From NCBI GenBank assembly GCA_044426045.1, contig JAWXUX010000011.1, positions 760 to 64,759 on the forward strand: a DNA stretch of 64,000 nucleotides. The letters are read 5' to 3'. The stretch comes from Bacillota bacterium (GTDB lineage: Bacteria; Bacillota; Clostridia; Christensenellales; CAMQZB01). How positions within the stretch are numbered: position 1 is the stretch's first letter; every line of letters begins with the position of its first letter. The notes under the pieces were generated by a model. That model ran no database searches. It worked only from the letters and a program-made list of their open reading frames with translations, and was not told where the DNA came from. Below are positions 45,859-55,906 of this stretch, piece after piece. A program made the translations under genes and the position numbers.

Positions 45859-45978
45859 GGATAACTACCTCCGACCATCTGCTTTTTATTTGCGAAACAT
45901 CGAAAACGCTTCCGTGTTTCTTCTTATGCCCTATCTTATGAGAAGGCTTTTTTATTTAGAACTGTTTTGAACTTTTTT

Positions 45979-46413
45979 TTATCCCGATTTCACTGCCACT
46001 TTTGAAAGTGGCACGCTTGCAAGCTCGCAAATGGCAAAGCCTATTTCTTCGGCGGTTTCTTTCGTGAGCGTTTCGCTTGAAGTTGCGGTTATCAATGTTA
46101 TTTCTTCGCCGTCAAAATCGCACTGGATTTCTGCGGTTATGCCGTTTTCTGCAAGGCATGTTTCGATGGTGCTTTCAATCACAAAAACATATTGGCTGTC
46201 GACAATTTCGATATAACCTTCATTTATCGTGGGGGTTGAAAGGTCTAGCGTTTCTGATGATAAAAGTTCAGCAATTGGGATAACCATGATTGTTGAAACG
46301 GATATTCCGATTGCTAGGCGGGCGAATTTTTTCATGGACTCGCTTGAAACGAGAACCTCGCACACAACCGAAAGTACCGCAGCCCCTGCGAGGGTGAGAA
46401 GAATTTCTTGCAT
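45979..46413 (-). CDS. spoIIIAF: Stage III sporulation protein AF
   Basis: 144 aa. N-terminal pattern VLVSSESMKKFARLAIGISVSTIMVIPI resembles SpoIIIAF LLPSSSMQKYAKMVVSLLLIVVMLTPI. Confidence 0.6.
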   Translation of the reverse strand: MQEILLTLAGAAVLSVVCEVLVSSESMKKFARLAIGISVSTIMVIPIAELLSSETLDLSTPTINEGYIEIVDSQYVFVIESTIETCLAENGITAEIQCDFDGEEITLITATSSETLTKETAEEIGFAICELASVPLSKVAVKSG

Positions 46414-46510
46414 GTTTCCTCCTTGTTTTATGACTGGTTTTAGCTAGCAATCCATTTATTAAACTAGCTGTCCCCTTATCTGCTGTTCCCTTATCTTATT
46501 GGCAATTATT

Positions 46511-47710
46511 TTATAAAATCATGTTTGTGCCAATCAAAAGCATGATTATCGCAATGCAGTACATAAAAAGCACGGCGATATAGGCAACGGAGATAAGGGA
46601 TAGTGATTTTGCCACGCTTTTGAAAAGCCCCGACACTTCTTTTGGTGAGAAAAGCGAAGTGAGTGCCCCTGACAGCTTGAAAAGAAGTGACACGCACACG
46701 AGTTTAGAAAGTGGTGCAAGAAGCGTAGCAAAGGCGAGAATAACAAAGCCCACGCCCACTGCGTTTTTCAGAAGAACGCCCGAAAGCAAAATAAGATCGA
46801 AACCGTCGCGGACATATGAGCCTATCACGGGAACGGAATTTGAGATTGCGTATTTTGCCGTGCGATATGAAACAGAATCAAACCCTCCCGCCGATATTCC
46901 GCCAAGTGCCATGACGGCTGAAAAAATCGTGAACACCACACCAAGGGCAGTTTTTGACACCGAAAGGAAAAAATCCGCAAGGGCGGAAAAGTTCATTTGT
47001 GGAGAGAGTGAATTTATCATGTTTATTCCAAAAATAAACAAAAACATGGGGAAAATATATCCCGCAACGAGTTTCAAAATCACATTTGACAAAATATAAA
47101 ACAGCGGTGAAAAGCAAGAGGCACTCGCCGTGCCACCGAGGGCATAAACCAATGTTATCAAGATTGGGAACACCGTTTCCGCTTGAAGCGAGAGGGCGTT
47201 TATGCCCGTTTCAACTTCCGTTGCAACGGCGAGAACTGTTGGGGTTATCACCGCAATTATCACGAGATTTAAGGCGAGCGACAGCAGTTTTTGCATGTCG
47301 GATTTTATAAAGTCGCCCGCGAAATTTGAAAGCACCGAAACCAAGATTGTCACCGCGATTATTGTCACAAAGGTTGGCAAAAGTGATTTTAGATCGGAAA
47401 AAAACACTTCGAAAATCCCCGAAAAAAGGGTTTGTCCGTCCGCGAAATATTCACCATTCAAAAGTGACACCACGCATGAATAAAAACCCCCCGAAATGAT
47501 TGTTTCACTTTCGCCCATTTCAAGAAATTCGTCGAAATATGACAGTTCAAGCGAATTTAGCTGACCTGATAAAATTTCCGAAAACTCGCTTTCTGTTTCT
47601 TCGTCAGATTCGGGAAAAAGGTCGAAATCGCTTGCGTCAAGTGCCATTGTTTTTATTGGAAAAGCGGTGATTGTCAAAAGAAGTGCGAGTGCGATTATTA
47701 TTTTTTTCAC
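46511..47710 (-). CDS. spoIIIAE: Stage III sporulation protein AE
   Basis: 399 aa, signal peptide plus polytopic membrane protein; position in the operon. Confidence 0.85.
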   Translation of the reverse strand: MKKIIIALALLLTITAFPIKTMALDASDFDLFPESDEETESEFSEILSGQLNSLELSYFDEFLEMGESETIISGGFYSCVVSLLNGEYFADGQTLFSGIFEVFFSDLKSLLPTFVTIIAVTILVSVLSNFAGDFIKSDMQKLLSLALNLVIIAVITPTVLAVATEVETGINALSLQAETVFPILITLVYALGGTASASCFSPLFYILSNVILKLVAGYIFPMFLFIFGINMINSLSPQMNFSALADFFLSVSKTALGVVFTIFSAVMALGGISAGGFDSVSYRTAKYAISNSVPVIGSYVRDGFDLILLSGVLLKNAVGVGFVILAFATLLAPLSKLVCVSLLFKLSGALTSLFSPKEVSGLFKSVAKSLSLISVAYIAVLFMYCIAIIMLLIGTNMIL

Positions 47711-48090
47711 AGCAGACCTCCCACGATGGTGATGAAGTTTTCAATCAGCGGAATTGTTTGCAAAAGAACTGTTATTTTGCCAAAAATTCGCACTTTTGAA
47801 GCGAGAGTCGCCGTCCCTGCTTCTTCGCAAATGCTTCCAGCTAGCTCGGAAATATAGGCAACACCCACGATTTTCAGAACGCTTTCAAAAAGGGTTGTGT
47901 CGATTTTTGCCATTTCAAAGACATCAGATAGCTGTTCGAAAGCGGAAATTGCCGAGCCAAGAACCGACATTGCAAGAAGTATTGAACACGCGATTGAAAG
48001 GAGAATTCCAATCTGTTTTTCTTGGTTTTTCACCACCATTATAACAATGCAAAACACGACGGCGCACGTCGCAAATTTTATCAGTTCCAT
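47707..48090 (-). CDS. spoIIIAD: Stage III sporulation protein AD
   Basis: 127 aa membrane protein; position and sequence pattern. Confidence 0.8.
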   Translation of the reverse strand: MELIKFATCAVVFCIVIMVVKNQEKQIGILLSIACSILLAMSVLGSAISAFEQLSDVFEMAKIDTTLFESVLKIVGVAYISELAGSICEEAGTATLASKVRIFGKITVLLQTIPLIENFITIVGGLL

Positions 48091-48091
48091 A

Positions 48092-48292
48092 TCAAAACGA
48101 GAAAACTAATTTGATTGTTTCAAGCAGTGTTGAAAGCATGTCAACAATAAGCATCAAAACAATTATCAGCCCGCCAAGGCTTACAAGTCCCGCAATTTCG
48201 CCAAGGTCGGATTTTTTCAAGACTTGGCAAATTATTGAAACGAGAATGCCTATCCCCGCGATTTTAAAAATGATATCAACTTCCATATTCAC
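48092..48292 (-). CDS. spoIIIAC: Stage III sporulation protein AC
   Basis: 66 aa with two TM helices (IFKIAGIGILVSIICQVLK). Confidence 0.8.
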   Translation of the reverse strand: MNMEVDIIFKIAGIGILVSIICQVLKKSDLGEIAGLVSLGGLIIVLMLIVDMLSTLLETIKLVFSF

Positions 48293-48295
48293 CCC

Positions 48296-48736
48296 TTAAA
48301 GCCACAAAATCCCAATGAGCAGTCCAAATAAAATTCCGAGTTTCTGGCTTGTCTCACCTTTTTGTTTCAGCTGTTTTTTCGCGTTTTCAAGCGAGGCTTG
48401 ATTTCTTTTTTCAAACGCTTCAAGCTTTGATTTCGCCGTTACCGTTTCGCACGTTTCAATTTCCAAAAGCAGTGCTTTCAAATCAGCAGTTTCCTTTGGC
48501 ATTTCGCCCCCAAGTTCGCTTTTTTCAAGCAAGATATCAGAAAGTGGCGTTTTGAATGGGTAGGCAAGAAGAATTTCCGCCGTCGGACGTTTGAAGTGGG
48601 TTATGTTTTCTTCAATAACAGTTGCAACATCGGAAATTTCTTGCAAAATTTCCACCCTTTTTTTATAGTCCTTGCAGATATAAACCCCACAAAGCCAGCC
48701 AACGACTGTCCATATTATTAAAAAAGCTATTTTCAT
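48296..48736 (-). CDS. spoIIIAB: Stage III sporulation protein AB
   Basis: 146 aa. N- and C-terminal TM helices flank a helical domain; operon position. Confidence 0.7.
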   Translation of the reverse strand: MKIAFLIIWTVVGWLCGVYICKDYKKRVEILQEISDVATVIEENITHFKRPTAEILLAYPFKTPLSDILLEKSELGGEMPKETADLKALLLEIETCETVTAKSKLEAFEKRNQASLENAKKQLKQKGETSQKLGILFGLLIGILWL

Positions 48737-48761
48737 ACTTTTATATCCTTATATATTTTCC

Positions 48762-49625
48762 TTATATATTTTCCTTATATATATTTATTTCACGAAAGTT
48801 TTCGTCGAGCACAGCTTCAACTGTGCCTTTGCCGTTTTTTTCAGATAAAATGACGTATCTTTGGAAAATTTCCCCCTTGAAAACCTCGCTGTTTTTATAA
48901 TCTTGGATATTTCTGCCGTGAAATGATGCATATATTGCAATCCCCGCCATTCTTGCCTTTTCAAGAAGTCCCGCATCTAGCGAATAAAACATTTCGTCGA
49001 TCATGATAACGTGGGGGGAAAAGAGGCGGATTGCGATTTCAAAGGCTTTGTTTTTCTTAGCAAACCGCATTGTATCCACGTTTGGAAGGTTTTCGGTTGC
49101 ACCCAAAAATTCCCCCCGCTCGTCGCACAAAAACACTTTTTTATTTTTGGGAAACGCCGTCAAAATCTTTTTCAAAAATGTGGTCTTACCCACCCCGTAA
49201 GGGGAAATGACCAGCGTTGAAAGGGTGTTTTTTGCAATGTTGCTCGCGTGAACGCATGGAGTGATTTCACCTTGGAATGGCAATCTGAGTGCAAGCGATG
49301 TGATATCAGAAATTGAGGAAATTTCCCCCGACAGATAGCCACAATTTCCGCAAACGCCCAATCTTGCACCGTTTTTTGTGAGAAATCCTTCCTTGATTTC
49401 CACTTCTTTTGAAAAAAATGAGCCGTTGGTGAAATTTTGCACCAGCGTTTTTATATCGGATTTTTCAATCATGATTTTTTTGCCAAGTGGCGAAACTGCC
49501 TCCATCATTTCACCGCAATATTCCACTTGCAGTGGGCTTCCAATGCGCAGGCGAAGTTCGGTGAGATTTTCCCTTTTATAATGTGAAACTGCTTTTGCGA
49601 GTTCTTGTCCAATTAAATTTTCCAT
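48762..49625 (-). CDS. spoIIIAA: Stage III sporulation protein AA (secretion-type ATPase)
   Basis: 287 aa. Walker A SPYGVGKTT and Walker B VIMIDE. First gene of the operon. Confidence 0.85.
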   Translation of the reverse strand: MENLIGQELAKAVSHYKRENLTELRLRIGSPLQVEYCGEMMEAVSPLGKKIMIEKSDIKTLVQNFTNGSFFSKEVEIKEGFLTKNGARLGVCGNCGYLSGEISSISDITSLALRLPFQGEITPCVHASNIAKNTLSTLVISPYGVGKTTFLKKILTAFPKNKKVFLCDERGEFLGATENLPNVDTMRFAKKNKAFEIAIRLFSPHVIMIDEMFYSLDAGLLEKARMAGIAIYASFHGRNIQDYKNSEVFKGEIFQRYVILSEKNGKGTVEAVLDENFREINIYKENI

Positions 49626-49720
49626 AAGTCAATATATGTGCTTATCGCAAATTTTAGACATCAAATTTTGCAAAAAATACTGATTTTGCATTGTTTTTCA
49701 CTCTATCGCCTTTTATTTTG

Positions 49721-49749
49721 TTGATTTTTTAACAAGAATTATATATAAT
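49721..49749 (+). promoter_or_regulatory. Sigma-A-type promoter of serC-serA
   Basis: TTGATT-N17-TATAAT, about 50 nt upstream of the serC ATG. Confidence 0.45.
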
Positions 49750-49802
49750 TATATGTATTATACATTTTTGAAAATATTATTATTATTTTAAAGGAGCTTA
49801 AA

Positions 49803-50882
49803 ATGAGAAAAGTTTACAATTTTTCGGCTGGTCCATCAATGCTTTTTGACGATGTTTTGAAAAAAGCACAAAGCGAAATCCTTGATTATAAGGAAACTGG
49901 CATGAGCGTTATGGAAATGAGTCACAGAAGTGCACCATACATGGAAATTTCCAAGAAAACACAAGACCTTTTTAAAGAGGTTTTGAATATTCCTGAAGGT
50001 TATTCGGTATTGCTTTTGCAAGGGGGCGCTAGCATGCAATTTGAAGCAGTTTGTTTGAACCTTATGAACTCATCGAAAAAAGCTGACTATATTGTGACTG
50101 GTAACTTCGCAAAAAAAGCTTTTTCTGAAGCGAAAAAATTCGGCGAGGCTGTTTGCGTTGCTTCTTCAGCAGATAAAAACTTTACATACATCCCTGATGT
50201 TGACAAAATTGAATATTCTGCTGATGCGGATTATCTTCACATCACTCACAACAACACTATTTTTGGAACAAAATATTCAAAACTTCCAAAAGTTGCAACT
50301 AAACTCGTTTGCGACATGTCTTCAAGCATACTAAGTGAAGAAATGGATTTTTCTGCTTACGATTTGGTTTATGCGGGTGCACAAAAGAACATCGGACCTG
50401 CGGGGCTCACTGTTGTTATTGTTAAAGATGAAATTATCGGAAACGAACGTGACATTTGCCCAACTATGCTTAAATATTCAATCCATAAGGATAATGACAG
50501 CCTTTATAACACTCCTCCTGCATATTCAATTTATATGGCTATGCTAACTCTTGAGCACATCAAGGAAATGGGCGGTGTTAAAGCTATTCAAAAAATCAAT
50601 GAATATAAAGCTGGTCTTTTATATGATTATATCGACGGTTGCGATTTTTATCAAAATCCAGTTGAAAAAGAATTCAGATCACTCATGAACGTGCCTTTCA
50701 CAACTCCTTCAGCAGAGCTTGATGCGAAATTTGTTAAAGAAGCAAAAGCGTTTGGTCTTGAATCAATCAAAGGTCACCGTTTGGTTGGCGGTATGCGTGC
50801 TTCTATTTATAACGCAATGCCAGTTGAAGGCGTTGAAACGCTTATCACATTCATGAAAAAATTTGCTAGCGAAAACGCTTAA
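49803..50882 (+). CDS. serC: Phosphoserine aminotransferase
   Basis: 359 aa. YNFSAGPSML N-terminus and PLP-lysine region GAQKNIGPAG. Confidence 0.9.
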   Translation: MRKVYNFSAGPSMLFDDVLKKAQSEILDYKETGMSVMEMSHRSAPYMEISKKTQDLFKEVLNIPEGYSVLLLQGGASMQFEAVCLNLMNSSKKADYIVTGNFAKKAFSEAKKFGEAVCVASSADKNFTYIPDVDKIEYSADADYLHITHNNTIFGTKYSKLPKVATKLVCDMSSSILSEEMDFSAYDLVYAGAQKNIGPAGLTVVIVKDEIIGNERDICPTMLKYSIHKDNDSLYNTPPAYSIYMAMLTLEHIKEMGGVKAIQKINEYKAGLLYDYIDGCDFYQNPVEKEFRSLMNVPFTTPSAELDAKFVKEAKAFGLESIKGHRLVGGMRASIYNAMPVEGVETLITFMKKFASENA

Positions 50883-50906
50883 TCGCTGGGATAAAGGGAA
50901 ATAAAA

Positions 50907-52067
50907 ATGAAAAAGATTTTAAAACTTAATGAAATTAGCCCAGTTGCTAATTCAATTTTCACAGATTACGAATATTCAAAAGATATCGAAAACCCATGCG
51001 GTATTATGCTCCGCTCTTTCAAAATGCACGATTATGTTATGCCAGAATCTCTTCTTGCTGTCGCTCGTGCGGGGGCTGGAACAAATAATATTCCAATCGA
51101 GGTTTGCAGTGAAAAAGGTATTGTTGTTTTCAACACTCCTGGTGCAAACGCAAACGCTGTTAAAGAGCTCACAATTTGCGCGCTTTTAATGTCTTCAAGA
51201 AAAGTTTGCCAAAGTTATGTTTGGGCGGAAGGTCAAAAAGAAGTTGGAGCAGACGTTCCAAAGCTTGTTGAAAAAGAAAAAGCAAGATTTGGTGGCCCTG
51301 AAATTGCCGGCAAAACTCTTGGCGTTATCGGTCTTGGTGCGATTGGTGCAATGGTTGCAAACGCTTGTTGCGACCTTGGAATGGAAGTTCTTGGATATGA
51401 CCCATATATTTCCGTTGAATCTGCTTGGGGACTTTCAAAACAAGTTACTCACGTGACTGATTTTAATGAATTGATTTCAAAATGCGATTATATTTCAATC
51501 CACGTTCCTCTTGTTTCTGGAACAAAAGAATGTATCAACAGCGAAAGTATCAACAGAATGAAAAACGGCGTGAGAATCATCAACTGCTCTCGTGGCGAAC
51601 TTGTTGATAACACTGCAATCGTTGAGGCTTGCGAAAGCGGAAAAGTTGCTTGTTATGTGACTGATTTCCCTTGCGCTGAAGTGATTGGATATGAAAATAT
51701 CATCACTATTCCTCACCTTGGTGCTTCAACTCCTGAAGCGGAAGATAACTGTGCTGTTCTTGCGGGAAAACAACTCACTGATTATCTTGAAAATGGTAAC
51801 ATCAAAAATTCTGTTAACTTCCCTGCTGTTTCAATGGCGAGAAGTGGCGATGTGAGAATTTCTATCGTTCACAAAAACGTTAAAAACACTCTTTCAAAAC
51901 TCACTTCAATCATTTCAGAATTGGGTCTTAACATCGCAAACATGGCAAATGCTTCAAAGGGCGATTTTGCTTATTCACTTTTCGATATCGATGGCGACCT
52001 TGCTGGAAGCGATATTGAAAAATTCGAGGAAGTTGAAGGCGTTATTAAAGCAAGAATTTTGAGATAG
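50907..52067 (+). CDS. serA: D-3-phosphoglycerate dehydrogenase (with C-terminal ACT-like domain)
   Basis: 386 aa. NAD-binding GVIGLGAIG and catalytic region PHLGAST. Follows serC. Confidence 0.9.
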   Translation: MKKILKLNEISPVANSIFTDYEYSKDIENPCGIMLRSFKMHDYVMPESLLAVARAGAGTNNIPIEVCSEKGIVVFNTPGANANAVKELTICALLMSSRKVCQSYVWAEGQKEVGADVPKLVEKEKARFGGPEIAGKTLGVIGLGAIGAMVANACCDLGMEVLGYDPYISVESAWGLSKQVTHVTDFNELISKCDYISIHVPLVSGTKECINSESINRMKNGVRIINCSRGELVDNTAIVEACESGKVACYVTDFPCAEVIGYENIITIPHLGASTPEAEDNCAVLAGKQLTDYLENGNIKNSVNFPAVSMARSGDVRISIVHKNVKNTLSKLTSIISELGLNIANMANASKGDFAYSLFDIDGDLAGSDIEKFEEVEGVIKARILR

Positions 52068-52094
52068 TTTATATCACAATTTCTTTTTATATTT

Positions 52095-52112
52095 AAGGGC
52101 ACTTCTAAAAAT
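52095..52112. repeat. Solo terminal repeat of MITE family 2
   Basis: AAGGGCACTTCTAAAAAT immediately upstream of the serA terminator hairpin. No partner repeat is present. Confidence 0.5.
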
Positions 52113-52150
52113 AAAACAGTTACAAGATTTTGTCTTGTAACTGTTTTTTT
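52113..52150 (+). terminator. Intrinsic terminator after serA
   Basis: ACAGTTACAAGattttgtCTTGTAACTGT followed by TTTTTTT. Confidence 0.8.
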
Positions 52151-52222
52151 ATTTGCTTTATTTGTTTTTGTTTTGTTTGTTTGCTTTATTTTTTGCTTTT
52201 TATTTTTGTTTTTATTTTTATT

Positions 52223-52927
52223 TTAGTCACCGAGTGGAATTCTTATTGTGTCTTCTTTGGTGGCAGCATATTTTTTGGCAAAGTTCGCACTTTCTTCGGC
52301 GACCACCCTTTCCATGAGCTCCCATTCGCCTATTCTTGAGATTGAAATTTCAAAGGCGGTGCGAGTTTCTTCGGTGGTTTCGGTTTTTTTCGTGTACTGA
52401 CGCGATTGAATTCTTCCGATAACGGAAAGTTGACTGCCAACTTCTAGGCTTTGGGCAAACCTTGCGTTTCTTCCCCACGCGATTGCGGGGATATAGTCGC
52501 TTTTGCCAAACGAGCGATTGACAGCAACCAAAATATCGGCAATTTCCCTTGCAAAAGGGGTTGTTCTAAAAATTGTTGGCTTGCAGATATAGCCAGAAAG
52601 TGCAATCACGTTTGGGTTTTTTGAAAAGTCGTTTTCCAATATATTTCTTGCAAAAACTGTTAAAACGAGTTTGGATTTGCCACTAGAAAGCTTGTTGTAG
52701 CTTCGAAATTGCCCGAAAATCGTGAGCACTTCGCCGATTTCCACATTGACTTCCGAAAGCAATCTTTCTGAAATGGTGACGGGCACGATATCGCACTGCC
52801 CCGACAGCCTTTCGACAGAAAAGTCCATTTCATAAAAACCTTCGCCATAAACTTCGTGTGAATAAATCGGCATTGATTTGATTTCACCACGAATGTACAC
52901 TTGATTATTTTTCTCTTCGCAAAACAT
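52223..52927 (-). CDS. SSB-like protein with two OB-fold-like halves
   Basis: 234 aa. The second half (IPAIAWGRNARFA..LEVGSQLSVIGRIQSRQY) matches the SSB OB-fold pattern. The first half has the same pattern, weaker. Confidence 0.45.
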   Translation of the reverse strand: MFCEEKNNQVYIRGEIKSMPIYSHEVYGEGFYEMDFSVERLSGQCDIVPVTISERLLSEVNVEIGEVLTIFGQFRSYNKLSSGKSKLVLTVFARNILENDFSKNPNVIALSGYICKPTIFRTTPFAREIADILVAVNRSFGKSDYIPAIAWGRNARFAQSLEVGSQLSVIGRIQSRQYTKKTETTEETRTAFEISISRIGEWELMERVVAEESANFAKKYAATKEDTIRIPLGD

Positions 52928-52943
52928 TTATTTACCCCTCTTT

Positions 52944-53675
52944 TCAAACAGTCGAGATTTGCTCGCCGTTTGAATTTATTTTGTAGTCCTCTTTGATTAT
53001 AAGCTCCGAAACTGTCACAAATTCGTAACCTTCAGCTATGAGTTTCGGAATTGCATCTTTTATCCCTTCAACAACGTTGTCAGAATTGTTGTGCATGAGT
53101 ATTATTGAGCCCGCAGAAACTTTTGTTGTTATCCTTTGTGAGATTTCCGACCCCGAAATGCCTTTCCAATCGAGGGTGTCGACATCCCATTGAATAACTT
53201 TTTGACCAATTTCGTCGCACGCAGTTATCATATCGTTTGTGTATTCGCCAAAAGGTGCACGAAAAACATTGATTTCTACCCCCGCGATGCTTTCGATTAT
53301 TTCAGTTGAAGACTGAATTTCGCTGATTGTTTCAGCGGTTGTCATGCTTGCAAAATGCGGGTGGGTTGACGAATGATTGCCAACTTCACAGCCAGATTCC
53401 ACAATCGCCCCCACCATATCGGGATATTTTTCCGCCCAAAAACTTACCATAAAAAACGTCGCGTCGATATCATATTCTTCCAAAACTTCCAAAATTTCCA
53501 ACGTTTTATCTGCTCCCCATGCACAATCGAATGTGAGCGCAATTTGTTTTTCTTCCGTTTTCACGCGATAGATTGGAACGAGGCGCTTGCTGCTTGTGTA
53601 GCCCACCAAAACAGTGATTGAAAATATACAAACTGAAAATATTGCAATCAATTTCATTGCTGTTTTACTTCTCAT
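52944..53675 (-). CDS. Polysaccharide deacetylase (NodB homology domain), PdaA/PdaB-like
   Basis: LTFDCAWG, HSSTHPH motifs. Start moved to ATG 53675 (AAAGGAGA upstream), giving an N-terminal signal/TM. Confidence 0.85.
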   Translation of the reverse strand: MRSKTAMKLIAIFSVCIFSITVLVGYTSSKRLVPIYRVKTEEKQIALTFDCAWGADKTLEILEVLEEYDIDATFFMVSFWAEKYPDMVGAIVESGCEVGNHSSTHPHFASMTTAETISEIQSSTEIIESIAGVEINVFRAPFGEYTNDMITACDEIGQKVIQWDVDTLDWKGISGSEISQRITTKVSAGSIILMHNNSDNVVEGIKDAIPKLIAEGYEFVTVSELIIKEDYKINSNGEQISTV

Positions 53676-53846
53676 ATCATCTCCTTTATTATACCAAGTG
53701 CACATGTGTAAAAGCTATACACTAACCGCTCTATTAATGTCGAAGTTTCACTGTTTTTAGCAAAAAAACGGGTGTGAGAGTTTCGGTGCGGTTTTGAGTT
53801 TTGTTTATTATATGCGAGAGGGGGTGGGGAATATGTTTTTTTTAAG

Positions 53847-54048
53847 GTGAAAGGTGAAAGGTGAAAGGTGAAAGGTTTGGTAGGCACTCGCTTCGCTCGT
53901 GCATTCAATTTATATTTGGGCAGTAAAAAAGGAACGTTCCTATTTGAATAGTTACGTCCCTACTATTGGTTACAAATATAATTGAAAAGCACGAAGCGAA
54001 GCTGAGTGCATTACCACACCTTTCACCTTTCACCTTTCACCTTTCACC
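53847..54048. repeat. Composite palindromic intergenic element, copy F (type 1 core)
   Basis: 4x GTGAAAG, GTTTGGTAGG hairpin, core, hairpin, ATTACCACAC, 4x CTTTCAC. The most compact type 1 copy. Confidence 0.9.
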
Positions 54049-54052
54049 TAAT

Positions 54053-54071
54053 AAAAAATCTTCGATTTTTT
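54053..54071 (-). terminator. Weak AT-rich hairpin at the permease stop
   Basis: AAAAAATCttcGATTTTTT. Confidence 0.3.
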
Positions 54072-55419
54072 ATTTTGCTTTCTTATTCATAAAAATCATA
54101 CCCACAACGCCGACTACTGCGAAAACTATCAAATAATAGAAGTTTGCCCAGCCGTGGCTTACTATTGAGGCTGTCATCATGACAAGTGAAGCCGCGCAGC
54201 CTGCGATTGGCATAACGAATCTTTTGAAGAATGGCAAATCTTTTTCCTTTTTCATCATCATGATGAAAATTGGGATATAAAGTGCATAGATTGTTACGAT
54301 TGGAATTTCTGATGAGTCAAACGTGAACACTCCAAACCATGTTGATGTGAGGTTTGCGCCATAGAAATATAGTAGCCAAAAACCTGAAAGGAACAAGCCA
54401 AGAACACAAGAGTTTGTTGGCATGCCAGTTGTTTTATCGATTGTTTTGAGCATATCTTGTTTTGGACCAAGGTCTCTTGCTGCAAGTGAATAAAGCGCAC
54501 GAACGCCACCCAGCATCAAGCCGTTTTCTGTTCCCAAAACTGAAATCACAATAAACACCATCAAGATTGTTGCACCGCCAGAGCCAAGAAGGTTTGTGAA
54601 CGCTTGTTTAACACCCTCTTCGCCAAGTGACATGAGGTCAGCGTTTCCGATTGAACCAGCTAGTCCAATATAATAGACAACATATGTCACCACAACGATG
54701 AGCGTTCCGCCAACTAGGGCTATTGGTAAGTTCTTTTTCGCGTCTTTGAGTTCGGCATTGATTGATGTTGCAATGATCCACCCTTCATAGGCAAAACATG
54801 TCGCACAAACTGCCGTGAAAAGACCTGTTGATGTTGAAACTGTTGGATCAACAACTGTTGTGAAGTTTTCAATCATCACGCCGTTTGAAAGACCCACGAT
54901 TGTTCCCACAACCGCCATGATTGCAAGTGGAATCATTTTGATTACCGTTGTTGAAACTTGGAATTTGCCCGCAAGTATTGGCGAAATTGTGTTCATCGTG
55001 AATGATGCCACCAAAACAAACATTGAAATTGTCATAACTTCAGCTGATGTGATGTCAAATCCAAGAAGCACGCCGATATATCTGCCCGATATCCATGCGA
55101 GAACTGAAACTAGTGATGGATAATAAATTATCGCCATGAACCAACCAACAAAGTAGCCATATTTTTTGCCACACGCTTGTTCGGCATAGTCCACAAGTCC
55201 ATTAACCTTTTCATATTTTGTTGCCATAACAGCAAAATTATAAGCACAAATAACCATGATGATACCACCGATTATCCATGCCAAAATGCCAATCGGCAAG
55301 TTTCCGCCAGTTGCATTCAGTACTTTTTCTGCTTTGAAAAATACACCACTTCCGATAACGATACCAACAACAAGTGCCATCGCCGTGAAGAGTCCATATT
55401 TTTTTGATAAGTTGTCCAT
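54070..55419 (-). CDS. APC superfamily amino-acid permease
   Basis: 449 aa, about 12 TM helices, N-terminal GIVIGSGVF motif. Confidence 0.85.
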   Translation of the reverse strand: MDNLSKKYGLFTAMALVVGIVIGSGVFFKAEKVLNATGGNLPIGILAWIIGGIIMVICAYNFAVMATKYEKVNGLVDYAEQACGKKYGYFVGWFMAIIYYPSLVSVLAWISGRYIGVLLGFDITSAEVMTISMFVLVASFTMNTISPILAGKFQVSTTVIKMIPLAIMAVVGTIVGLSNGVMIENFTTVVDPTVSTSTGLFTAVCATCFAYEGWIIATSINAELKDAKKNLPIALVGGTLIVVVTYVVYYIGLAGSIGNADLMSLGEEGVKQAFTNLLGSGGATILMVFIVISVLGTENGLMLGGVRALYSLAARDLGPKQDMLKTIDKTTGMPTNSCVLGLFLSGFWLLYFYGANLTSTWFGVFTFDSSEIPIVTIYALYIPIFIMMMKKEKDLPFFKRFVMPIAGCAASLVMMTASIVSHGWANFYYLIVFAVVGVVGMIFMNKKAK

Positions 55420-55487
55420 AATTTTATTTCTCCCCTTTTATCATTATGCATTTTTGTATAACTTTATTCTCTTAGCTATACGTATAA

Positions 55488-55516
55488 ATTATACACTCGT
55501 CTTATTTGTTTGTCAA
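55488..55516 (-). promoter_or_regulatory. Sigma-A-type promoter of the amino-acid permease gene
   Basis: Minus strand TTGACA-N17-TATAAT (perfect consensus). Confidence 0.6.
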
Positions 55517-55659
55517 TTATTTAACAGAAAAAATTCACCAATATATAGCACTAAATCAAACTTTATTTCACTTATTTTATCATCGATTCCAAAATGCTCT
55601 TTTTTGGTAATTTTTGCAGTGTTTATGGCGGTGTTTGGTTTTTAAAATACGACAAATTT

Positions 55660-55691
55660 GCGTGTATCTAGCTTGATACACGCGTGTTTTT
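55660..55691 (+). terminator. Orphan terminator-like hairpin (no obvious plus-strand gene)
   Basis: GCGTGTATCtagcttGATACACGC followed by GTGTTTTT. Its 3' half is related to the 65-nt module at 35476-35619. Confidence 0.4.
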
Positions 55692-55906
55692 GGATAGCAT
55701 TCGCACGCTGTTTTTTGTTGTTTTTTAGGGGGATGTTCTAGGATTATTTCACTTGAAACTTCAACATTTTCAACGCCGAAATAAAAATGAATTTCCTTTT
55801 CTTCCCTGTCGCAAATTGATGTGTAGAATTTCATGGGGGGGGTGATTTTTTTTGGTTTTGAGTTTGGGCATAGTTAGGCGGTTGGTTTGGGGGGATATTT
55901 TTTTAA

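Noticed and set aside
55580-55834. 84-aa minus-strand ORF upstream of the permease promoter
   Set aside because: The start codon is preceded by a C8 run with no SD. The sequence is low-complexity and basic, and the region is better explained by hairpin/terminator-like modules related to 35476-35619.
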